DNA of 64,000 nt. Origin: Gekko japonicus. Taxonomy: Eukaryota. The DNA lies in contig NW_015162017.1 in NCBI RefSeq assembly GCF_001447785.1, positions 109,831 to 173,830 of the forward strand. The letters are read 5' to 3'. The position numbers and the translations under genes are program-made. The notes beneath the pieces were generated by a model. The model saw only the letters and a list, made by a program, of their open reading frames with translations. It did not search any database and was not told the DNA's origin. Positions 49,701 through 60,978 of the stretch are shown here, in pieces (positions within the stretch are counted from its first letter, which is position 1; every line of letters begins with the position of its first letter).

Positions 49701-50470
49701 AGTGCAGCTATTGGGTTATAATCAACAAATATGATTGGCCGTTACCAGTAACACAACTAATAGTCTTGATGACTTTTAGAGCCTTCCCCAGACTCAAGCT
49801 CCACCAGTACATAACAGTTTTATTCTGTTTATCCCGCAGAAGGTTCCTGAAGATAAAATCAAAAGTTCCCTTCAGATCAAAAAAAATTGAAAACAGTTTC
49901 TTCCCATCTGAACATCTGTATTTCTCTGCCAAATGGGCAAGGATAATGCAATGATCCAGTGTAGATCTGTCTGAGCAAAAGCCAGTCTATTCCAAGCCCA
50001 GAATGTTTATAGGAGGCTTATTGGTTGATAATTCCCTGGTATTTTAGGGTCTTCTTTTTAAAAAATAGGAACAATTACAGCCTTATTTTAGATTTCAGGT
50101 ACCCTCACAGTTTTATCAGTAACAGAAAAGAGGGTAGTTGGAGGACATTCATCAAAGAAGAAAACTTATCCAATAAATGCCTTGCATAAAGCTTACCCAC
50201 AATTTATAGGAGGCTTATTGGTTGATAACTCCCTGGTATTTTAGTGTCTTCATTTCAAAAACAGGAACAATTACAGCCTTATTTCAGATTTCAGGTACCC
50301 TCACAGTTTTATCAGTAACAGAAAAGAGGGTAGCTAAGAGATACGTCAACCATTCTAAATGGTTTGTAAACAGCTCAGGTGGGAGTCTGTCAGGGCCTGG
50401 GGCCTTCCCAAGCTTTAATTGGCTAATTAAGCACAATTTCATTTTGGCTCAGAAAGGGTCATTCTGGAAC
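46800..50470 (-). mobile_element. Decayed non-LTR RT (RTE-X-like, clade uncertain), split by a Gypsy insertion
   Basis: KAPGPDRLP, IVP.F.K, FFDLKGTFD (49817-50470); GVKQGC, LHYANDAV, FSYLGV, LLYGVPIW (46800-47618). Confidence 0.7.
47619..49816 (-). mobile_element. Two-LTR Ty3/Gypsy (Mag-type) element with pol deleted
   Basis: LTRs 47619-47912 and 49515-49816; PBS tggcaatgaggatg; PPT agggggaagggg; gag knuckles CTGCGSSHARKMC and CRACSKTGHIA; protease MEVDSG; integrase tail YLRDFVC. Confidence 0.9.
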
Positions 50471-50508
50471 CTCTTAAGGGGATAGAATCTGATAGCTCAG
50501 GAGTAGCA

Positions 50509-50695
50509 GCTGATCCGCAGTTACCGGAAACTAGTACCTCCGAGGTACTAGTTTTTTGCTGCGTGTTTTCGGCGGGAAGCCTCCGTTGAGCCACGGAAGT
50601 GCTACGCTTCCCAGATGTGCCGGTGAAATCGCGCCCGGAAACTCTGCCTGTCTTCCATCGCTCTAGCGTGGCTAATACTCCGTGTGACCGCAGCC
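50509..50695. mobile_element. Short CpG-rich MITE-like insert
   Basis: Right end ccgtgtgaccgcagcc resembles the TIR at 22161-22175; internal perfect palindrome. Confidence 0.45.
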
Positions 50696-51719
50696 AGAAT
50701 ATATCATTCTTTGTTTTTTTGGTTTTGGTGCTAGAGATTGATCAACCAGTGTCTCATGTGCCTTAAGCAGCCCTAAGGAGGAAACAGTACATACAGTGAA
50801 GGAACGGAATTCCTACTGACATATGGTTTGGCTACTAATTTGACTCCAAGCAAATGGAGAGCACAGCTAGTGTTAGTGTAATCTTTCCTATATTAGCCCC
50901 AACAGGGATGATCCATCCATGGACAGACATGCACCTGAGATGTGACCAAGTACATGTTAGGTTGTGCTTAATTTTCCATCACGTTATTTCTTTCAGTAAA
51001 GACATAACACCTTTTAATAACCTGTGATACATGCTAGAAATTCTCTACAAACATGAGCTTTAGTATTGAATCTGAGAGTTTGACTTGCAGTGTCAAGTAA
51101 AACCCCTTGTCTTTAGCACAGAGTCTTCTAGTGTGTTTGATTGTCTATGGTATATGGCTGATATTCTGTGGTACTGTCTTGAAGGTTGCTGTGCAAGCAG
51201 CATGAGTGTGAAATCCTAGTGTGTGCAATAGGGGTTCAGCTCTGCCTTCAAGGAGAGAAACTTCAGAGGGGTCCTTTTTGATCCATTCCATCCTACTGAG
51301 CTTTGAATGTTGACAGTTGTGACACTTTGTCTGCCCAATCTAGTAGTGGAAGTTATTTTGACAAAGGGAAAGTGGAAATATAAAGACAAAAGAATTCTAT
51401 AAAGGGAATCAAGGATACAACTACAAATGTGATGTTATATATAGGTGTCTCTGCTAATAGAAGTGCAGGCAGATTTAAAACAAAAATTATGAGTATGATC
51501 ACCAGCAACATTGCTGTTTATCTTTCAACAAAGGTTTGACCTGATCATTTCTCTTCAAAAATTAATTGCTTCAGTTTGTCCCTTCTTCTGAAAAAATTGT
51601 CTAAGCCTTACTTTTAGGCAGACTGAAGGATCTTTTTCATCCTAAAAAACCCTGTTGGTTTAGAAGTCTTACATCCCATGTCTCTGCCATTATGCAAGTT
51701 TCCCATTATCCATATTAAT

Positions 51720-52874
51720 AATTTATGCCTGTCAAACTGGCAAGTAGGTCATTAAGGTGGCTCACAATTTTTTTAAAGTCATAATAAAATAAATATCTGT
51801 AGAATATATTCTGAGTATACAAGGGAATAAGCCGCAGTAAATGCCATCTCAATATCAATCTAGTATAAAGTTCTTTCAGAAAAGAATTGTCTTTAGTTTA
51901 ACCCAAAAGGTCTGCAGGGATGGTATGAACCTCAGTTCCAGAAGGAGGAAGTTCCATAATCAAGGTACAATGGCTTAAAAGGCACTCCTGTGATCCCTGC
52001 CAACTTGACTCCTGTGGGAAAACGCCATACCTATATCTCAGAGTTCTGGGAGTGGAAGCACTCATTCAGATACTCCAGTCCCAAGCCAAATAGAGCTTCA
52101 GAGGTCAGAAACAGCACCTTAAACTGAACCTAGAAACAATTTGGAAGCCAGTGTAGTTGAGATAGAATTGGATTAATATTGCCATTCTAGTGCTACCTCA
52201 TAATGACCTTCCAGGCAAATCTTCTGTCATCTGAAGTTTCCAGACATTTTTAAGGGGAATCCTGTGTAGATTGTGTTAGAAATGACTGGAGATGACAAAT
52301 TTGCCTCAGCTCCAGGCGGCTTTGAACATATGTTTGTGAGAGTGTGGAGTCCAGATGTATCCCCAGATGATGAACCTGATCATTTTGTGAAAGTATCAAA
52401 ATAGGAGAAGCACATGTTCCTGTATTAGCTTTGCTTCCTACTCAGAACACTTCTGTCTTGACTAGGTAATGTTTCAAAATATTAATCCAGTCCTTCTGGA
52501 CATTGCTTAAGTACTTCTGTTTCCTCCCTAAATTTAGAGGGATTGGAGACAAAGAGCACTATGTGTGCCATTAGTGTCTTGATAGCCCTCAAATATCTGA
52601 AGGATCTTGCAAGATGATTTCAGGTAGATGTTAAAAAGCATGGGGGACAAGATCAACCATTGCTGTACCCCACAGTCCAGTAACTACACAGCTGAGCAAA
52701 AAGTCCTCCAGCATCACTTTCTGATGCTTCCTTTCAAGAAAGAATTGGAGCCAACAAAACATTGTCCTTCCAAGACCCATTCCAGCCAAACAGTCCAGAA
52801 AGATACTATGCTGTCAAAGGCCAAAAAAAGGTCCAAGTGGAACAGCAGGAAAAAACATCCCCCTTCTGTTCATC
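51720..52874 (-). mobile_element. Old L2 fragment
   Basis: Minus frame GVQQWLILSPMLFNIYLK (decayed GVPQGSILSPMLFNIY) and L2-type 3' region. Confidence 0.65.
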
Positions 52875-53454
52875 NNNNNNNNNNNNNNNNNNNNNNNNNN
52901 NNNNNNNNNNNNNNNNNNNNNNNNNNNNNNNNNNNNNNNNNNNNNNNNNNNNNNNNNNNNNNNNNNNNNNNNNNNNNNNNNNNNNNNNNNNNNNNNNNNN
53001 NNGGGGGGGATCTGGATAATTAGTCATCCAGGCATGAAGATATTCACACCAAATGTAGTGAATACTTTACTATTAGTTTGCCTTTGCATATTGAATGAAT
53101 ATATAAACTTGTTGTAGTACATCTCCCTAAACCCATTATGTCTTCAGCTTCTGGTCTGGAATGTATGGTCATCTTCCTTCTTGCATACAAGTCCCAAAGT
53201 GATGGGATTACACTGATATGAAGATGCAACCATGTCCAAACATTATGATAGTTATATTTGTTTCAAGGTTGTTCTCTTTTTTTTTTTAAGCCTATCCTCT
53301 GGTATTGGTTTGTTCAGTAGAAAATAAAAAAGTGACAACTAGAATAAGCAAATATTGTTGTTTGCATTAATGGACCCTTTAAATTTCATCCTAAAATGCA
53401 TCTGCAAAAGTCAAGAGTTAAGAAACATAGAGACTGATTAACTAGTCCAGGAAG

Positions 53455-53586
53455 ACCGTTAGATTCAAGTCCAGTAGCACTTTTAGACCAACAAAAGTTT
53501 CAGGGTATAAGCTGTTGAGAGAGAAAGTTCCCTTCATTTATTCCCTATCTGTTTTACTGCAGACCAGCACAGCTACCATCTAAAAC
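53455..53586. mobile_element. Penelope-like fragment
   Basis: agtccagtagcacttttagaccaac...taagctgttgagag...cccttc terminal motif. Confidence 0.5.
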
Positions 53587-56129
53587 TAGTCCAGGGAGGT
53601 AACTGTACTGAACTGTACTGAACTGTACTGAAAAGAATCACCCCACCATCCCTGAAATGGGTGTTCAGGTAGTGGGAAACCTGGCACACTTTTCACTGAG
53701 TTCACTGGTCTTTTTATGTGGAAGGGTCCCATAGGATTCCACTTTCCCAAGAACATGATTGGTCCAAGATATGAGGTTTGAATTTGACTGGGCAGGTTGA
53801 AGGTAACTGCTGTCAAAATCTGGCAGGAAGATTAGTAGGAAAATACCTGACATTCCAAAGTGGGACGAATCATTGGATGAGTTTAACATTTGACAAAAAA
53901 AGGGAGTGAATTATAGGTTTAAGTGTCCTCCTGATGGCTCATCCGAGGTGATTCAGATGTTAGGCTGCCTTTTTCAATGGATCAATTGGATTAGAGATAC
54001 CTAAGGGTTGCCCAGCTGTCTATAGCTAGAAATTGTTCACATTGCCTTGGTGAAGTATCCCTTGGAGCGAGGGATATGATAGTATTAGGCCTGTCTTGGA
54101 GCTTAGCACTGAAAGGTGTTTTGTTCTTGAGAACAAATATGCCCCTTGAGCTGGAGGAGACTGCACAATTCCAGAGCACCCTTCCTTATCCCTGGGCTTT
54201 CAATGTCATGGCTATACCCAGGTGTCTATGAGTCTTCCCAAGTTCCAGGTCCCCTGGTGCTTAGGCTCTAAGAGGGGGTGCCTATTAAAACAACGAAGTC
54301 CAAAATAAGAGGGGGATCCCACTGACCAAAGGCAACTTGACTGGCAGAGGGGGTGGGGTATTTACAGGTTCACATGCTTTCCCAAACACTTATTTCATTG
54401 AACCATTCATTCACTTTGTCGGTAACCAGATCATTTTGTGACTGCTCAGCTGTTCACAATAAATGCAGGTGTGATTTTTTTCATTGCTTATTAAATTAGA
54501 AAAATACTTCACATTTGGATTTTGCTCTTCCAAAATAACGTAATTCCTTTTGTTTAACCTTCCACATGTTCCAGTTACTGTAAATTAAAACCTACTCATT
54601 ATAGGAAGTGATAATATTACTTGTGATAAGGTGAAGTAGCCTGGGGTGAGGTATGCAATGGAAATGTGTTGAATTCTGTAGTGACCAATGCAAATAAAAT
54701 ATAAAACAGGATTACATAATGAAAGTAAATTTCAAGTTGTTTTATGGAGTGCCTGTAAATGTGTCCTGGGCTAATGTGAATAACCAGCCAGCCTTTTGTA
54801 TGTACTAATAAACCTCTGAAAAGATCTAAAATTGGATCTAAGACTTCCACATTTCATATCTGTTCTGTTGCTAATGCGTCTTCATTTAAGCCTGCCTGCG
54901 CATGTTAGGATCTCAGTCATTTCAGACTGCTCTGCTTGTTTTCTTCTGTACGTGTTAGCTGAGTATTTGTCTCTGGGAAGGCAGATCAACAAGCAGTTCC
55001 CTCCCCTCTTTTCCTGTCACAAGTGCGGAAGTCTGCAAAACGTGTTAACAAGATGACAGGCAGGTTGGCTACTGAAACACAGGATCATCTGCAGTTTTGA
55101 TACACAGCAGACAGCTAGACAAGTTTTGTTACATTTGATGAGCTACCCCAGAATCTGAACTGCATGCGCCTATATCTTAGGTGAGGGTTATGCTTATAAA
55201 TCTACTCAGAAATAATCTAGACCAACTCAGCATAAGACAGCTGTCTACAAATTTCATATAGCTGAGCTACATCTAAGCAATAAGAGATGGTGTCAGAAAG
55301 ATGGAGGTACTTATTTTAGAAAGCAGCAACAATGTAAAAACAGACTACTGGCTGATTTCTGCAAAGTCTAGTTGGTTCTTTCAATTGTTTGCCCTCTCTT
55401 CTTCCTTACTATTTTTCTTCACATAATCAACAGATATCTTGAGTTGAAGTGGCATATTGCCATTGAAGACACAGAACACTGAATGTTGAAGTGAATGGAA
55501 CTATGACAATTTAATGCAGCCAGGGGCCTGACATTATATTTCGTCCTAATGTCCTGTCTCCTGTTCCACTCAATTGCTCCTAATATGTCCTTTTTAAATT
55601 ATGTCAGTTTCTGCTCTTTCTCCATCTTTCATTTTATCTAGCCTCTTGGAAAATCACAAGCCAACTATACCAATGTGGAATTCAAATTTATGGCATAGAT
55701 AGCTATCATAGAGATTGTGTGAGCATCTTTTCCAGTGGGCTTAGAAGGGGGTGATTTTGCATAGTGTGACATTGTAAGTAATGAAGAGTTTTGCTACCAT
55801 GGTCTCAGTTTCATATAAAGAACAGTGGTCAAAAGAGAAAGAGAGAAATGTTATTTCTTTGGTCTCTGGGCCTGTTTTCTCTATCCGGATCCAGGGGAGA
55901 GCTGGTATCTGGATTGTTGTCTGTCTTGTCTCACCTGCTGGCTGGGGATGTGGCTGGGGGAGCAGAATGAAGAGGGGACTAGTGCCACAATCAATATGGT
56001 GGTGGGAGAAAAACAGGCCAGGTAAACAGACAGAACAGTGGACATTTATGTGCTGTGGCCCTTCTGGTTCATCTTCCAGCCAGGGTGATGCAGGTGACCA
56101 TATCAACACACCACTGAGCTTTAACACCT

Positions 56130-57400
56130 TACTTTATTTTTTTAATATTATTTTTATTGATTTTCAACCAATATAATAGAACATTCACTTGATGAATCTT
56201 TATACAGAGATTCTTCCATTTTCTACAAACTTATATTATTACACCATAAATTGCAGATTGATATTTTGCCCTTTGTGGCTTTTTCTTATCCATTTATATA
56301 ACTCGTAACCAGCAATTATTGAATACCTCTTCATTTTGCCTTGCAGCACAAAAATTTACTACTCCATTTTTGCCACTTCTAATAACTTGAAACATAATCT
56401 CCCCCTCAATGGGATCTCAACATTCCCAATTTTGGCAAACAATATCCTTAGAGATGTTTCCACATAAACAACCACGTTCAACAAAAAATAGCCCAGGCCT
56501 CGACAATCTGGTTTCTTCTATTATTTCCGCATTATTATTATTTCCTCTACTTTTTGATCTTGGTACCTAACCACCACACATAAAAAATAGGTGCCAACAC
56601 CCTGTCTGGATTTCCAGCAGTTACCTGTCACATTCTTATAGCATTTATTTATTCTATCTAACGATGCATGCCTTCTGTAAAACATTCCAAGTGTATTTCC
56701 TTTGTACATTGTAGCTCTGGTTAAATTTATATTTTTTCCCCACACCTTAGATGACTGGTCTAGTTCTATATTGTCCTTCTTTTCCCAGATATTTTGACTT
56801 CTTAAAGTATATGAAGTTTTCTCCATCTCCAGTTTTGTTATTGTAACCTCCATTAAATCTTGCTTTTCTTTCACATTTTGTGATTGCTGCTCTATTTCCT
56901 CAATTTTAGTTTCCATCTTAGTCAAAGTTGTTGAGATTGTAGTCTCTTGTTTATTTCCAGAGATTTGTTTTTTAATTTCATCTGTTTGAGTTGTCAGTTG
57001 GGTTGCCAACACCTCTAGTTTTATTTGTATTTGGTTCTATTGCTTTAGCCATAGCTACTTCTACCACCACACTCACTGCAGCAGTTACCGATTCATATAT
57101 CAGCTTTTGTAGGTCTTCCATATTTATTTGTGTTAAGTTCATTAAGGGTGGTGGAATCAATGCTGTTCTAACTCGACTAGCTTTATCCATTTCCTTTTAT
57201 TTTAATTTACTTATCTTTGGGTTTCCTATTTATACTATCTTCATTCTTAACTGTCTACCTGAACTATTTACTACTACTATCTATACCTATATTGTCTAAC
57301 TACCTATATTGTCTAACTAACTTTACCCTTATACTATGACCCTTATACTAGCCTATGCTTTCTTATTTCTTAGTTATCCAACCTTAACTCTGCTTCAAAA
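56130..57400 (-). mobile_element. Internally deleted L1: ORF1 N-terminus joined to ORF2 C-terminus and poly(A)
   Basis: Coiled coil plus LRSQNI (ORF1) runs into KVW...MFYR...CWK...GTYF (ORF2 cysteine-rich region) in ORF 56521..57012; T-tract at about 56132-56158. Confidence 0.72.
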
Positions 57401-58043
57401 ACTTATTAATCCACACATCCTCAAAAGAAATGAAAAGAAAAAGAAAAAATAAACACTTTTCAGTTCTTCCCCTCCCCCAAATCTTGTTTCTTCTTTTGTC
57501 TTTCTTCTGTCTCTCTGTTCCCTGTTGACCTTGGGACTGCTGGAGGAATGTGTTTAAAAAAAAAAAAAAAATCAATGTGTACTAGCCAACAGTCTCTATC
57601 TATTCATAGACTGCAAGCCATGTCAACCTATTACCAGGAGGTATGTATTAATTCGTTGTTGAAACATTTTGCCACCTCTGAAACATAGAATGTATAACCA
57701 TAACAGACAATAGCTGACACCCATAAGAAATTTGCAGTTCTTCACAGTATTCTTTTCCCCAAAGGTGAGAATCCAAGATAACTGTATTTTTTAACAACAG
57801 AGTATGTTTTAATTAAGGATGTTGCCTAATTAAAGAAGTCTTAATGTATTTGATGAGTTTTACTTATTTGCACCAATATCACTTCAGCTGCCATTTTAGA
57901 AGAAGCATTATCTTTTATGTAGGAGCAACAGAGGAATACATTCCCCCCCTAAAACAGCACATGCCACTCATGTTCTTATCAATACTTGTAGTAAAGATAA
58001 TTGGCATTTTAAAAATAAAAAGTACTACCTAATTAATTGGAGT

Positions 58044-58189
58044 CAGGACCAGATTGAGGTGTTTCTGCACTTTGGGCAGGGATGGTGTGGGCTTTTGGCG
58101 GGGGGAGAGGGCGGCAGGGCAGTTGGTGCCCTGTTTGGAGCTCTGCCCTAGGCCAGAGACTAGCTGGCCTACTGAGAGAGCCGGCCCTA
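58044..58189. mobile_element. hAT-Tip100-like MITE (146 bp)
   Basis: caggaccag / ccggcccta termini; TSD attggagt / attggaat. Confidence 0.65.
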
Positions 58190-59681
58190 ATTGGAATATC
58201 TCTTTAACAGATCAAAAGAATTGCCAAATTCACTGATTCATTACATGGTGCACCCATCATTAGAAGTTAATGCCCCATTGCTCGAAATTAGTGCCTTGTA
58301 TCCAACCATCCATGCATGGAAGGCGTTTAGAGTTTTTCTAAGTTCTTCTGCATCCCTGCAGTCCCATCCAGCACCTGGAAACGTCATTCTCAGCAGAATG
58401 TGGATCTGTATGGAACAACAGCAACACAGATCAGGGACTGGAGTGAAGAGGAACAAGGAATGAAATTGCCCCCTTCCCTTAGCAGAGCTGCTCTTGTTGA
58501 AGAGGGAAGTGAGCAATTTCAGCCCCTTTTCTTTCCTCAGTCCAGTCCCCTGACTCACACAACTGTTCCTTTGCATGGGTCCTGTGACTGATATTTTCAG
58601 GAGGTTTAAGGGGCAGCAGAAAGGGTTCTCAACAGGGGCTACAAGCATCCACTGGAGCCTTTGTGCCACCTATGGCTCTATGAAATAGCCCCCCTCCCAG
58701 GAGATTGGGAGAGGACAACACTAGCACTTCAGCTTGAGACTAAGGTACTGCTGTTATGGGAAGGACGTTTTTTTTGCCTGGAATTCACTTGTTTACATAT
58801 AGCCATTGATATTTCTTATTCTCTTTTTTCCTCTTTTTTCTTCCAAAAAAGGGATTTCTCTTACATTTCTCATCTATCTCTCTTTGAAGAGAAAGCAGTG
58901 CACCCCTTTGTAATTACAGCCCTTGCAGTCATTTTATGTTATGGATCACTTGGTGGTACTCTAGCAGAATGATATGATGATTTGAGAAGACATTGCCTGC
59001 CTCTGAGCATATACAAAGAGAAAATTCTGAAATTTTGCAAACATCCCATACTGCCCCACCTCTCTTTGAATTTAATTTTGAGCAAAACAGAATTGGTTAG
59101 AAGCAGACTCCAGATTCCTAAAAGGGAGACTGTTGGATTTCAGGGACAAATTGGGTGAAGAGGAATTAAGATAATTCTGATTGAAGCACCCAGGACACAA
59201 TGAAGAGGGTACCATTAACAGCTGAAAAACTGCATTCTCTCCATAGGGGAATGACAACCTTTCCACTGAGTCTCAGGGGCTGTAATTAAAAATGAATGCC
59301 TCAGCTGAGAATTCCCCCCCCTCCCCAGTGGCGTGATGGCTCCTTCATTGATCTGCCCAAAGCCCAAGTAATCACTGGAAGCAGGGCTGTTTCAAGCTAT
59401 TGAGATGCAGAGGAAACAACTCTGCAGCTTGCCTTGGGTGTGTCCTGAGCAGGAAGCAGGCACAGAAGACATGCACAGCCTCTTTCATGCAAGGGAAGCG
59501 CAGAACAAATGTGTATACAGCCTGCTTTGTGCAGATGGCACCTGGGTGAGAGGCAGGGGAAGAGTGTGCCTTCTTTCCTGCCACCCATCCCAGATTTATC
59601 CTTACAGGGAACACTCCAGAGACATTTGCACTGCAGCCTTCCTTCATAGGAGAGTCCAGGGGGGATCAACAGAAGGGGGCA

Positions 59682-60978
59682 TGGTGGCTGAGCTTCCAGC
59701 TGGCTGCATCCCTCCCATGCTCCTGCCGTTCCCTCTGAAAATATCAAAATTGCTCTCAAAGAACAAAACCAACTAAGAAACAAACATTATTACTGGCTAT
59801 GGGAAGGACCGGGGGGAAGAATGGAACAAAAAACTCCCCCTACAGACCCCCAAAGAAAACGAATATAGACTTTGAAGACTCAGAAGAAGACCAAGTGATA
59901 TCTCTGCCAAAGGAAATGGGAGGAAGTAACTCTGACCCAGGTTATCAGTGTATGATTCTGCATGCCTTGACAGAGATAAAAATGACATTAAAAATGAGAT
60001 AAAATCTCTGAAAGGGGATGTTGGGCAATTAAAACAAGAATTTGCCCTGCTTAAATGAACAATTGAGCCTATAAATAAAAAACTTGATGAACTCACCACA
60101 ACATTGCAGATTACGGAGAAGAAAGCTGAAGCAGCATTCCAGAGAGCAAAGAAAACAGCAAATGAATTGAAAGAGGTAAAAGACTTTGAAGCATGGGCAA
60201 AAAAATAAAATTATGCTCCAAGAAATTAAATTGAGAGAAAGGAAGGCCAAACTTCTTGGGGTCTCTTTAAACTTTTCTGAAACACAAGGCCTTACTGCAC
60301 CTTTAAATAAATGGCTGCAACAGATACTTCAATCAACAGGGGAAACAGAGATCTCTGAAAGAATCATCACATCTGTCTTCCGTTTGAATGTCTCCAAAAA
60401 GCCCCTCCAGATGTCACTCCAGATATTCTAATCGAGTTAACAGAGGTACAGACCAAAAACAAATTCTTTAAAATTGTGAGGGAAAAAGAGGGTCTGTGCC
60501 TTGAAGACATTATTGTTTCTTTGTTTGCTGATGTTCCAGCTGAGATTCTTATCACAAAAAGGAAGCTGCGAGACACAGCCAAGGCTCTCAGAGAACATAG
60601 AATTCAATACAGATGGCTTGCACTAGGCTACTAAGTGGTCAACTTAAATGGCAAAACCTTCATAGCTTATGATGAGAGCACTGGAAAGAAGCTACTAGGG
60701 GAGCTGACTAAGCAACCAGACGGAGCCATTTAAAAGGAGACAGTTTGTTTTGGCAAATAGTTTAATAGTTCATGTGGGTAGGATAAGGGAATAGGAAAAG
60801 AAGAGGTTAAAACTGGATTGGAATTAACTTTAATTTGTTAGTTATATAGTTCGGAATGTAACCTCATTTTTACTTTTTTTCTTGTGTAATGCATGAAAAG
60901 GAGTATAATGTATAAGGATATGAATCATTTTAATGAAATATGAATCATATACTCAATAAAAATATATATATTAAAAGA
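59682..60978 (+). mobile_element. ORF1-only L1 derivative (HAL1-like), 1297 bp
   Basis: 11-bp TSD agaagggggca (59671-59681 / 60979-60989); decayed full ORF1 at about 59799-60733; AATAAA at 60955; no ORF2. Confidence 0.8.
59799..60733 (+). pseudogene. L1 ORF1 (coiled coil-RRM-CTD) with stops and frameshifts
   Basis: Heptads EIKSLKGDVGQLKQE...; LRERKAKLLGV; ITSVFRL; DILIEL; SLFADVPAEILITKRKL; IQYRW. Confidence 0.8.

Noticed and set aside
52628-53027. ORFs spanning N-runs (also 27878 and 63600)
   Set aside because: Artefacts of assembly gaps translated as X.
53590-54370. Possible LTR or retroviral fragment
   Set aside because: No convincing termini, TSD or protein motif.
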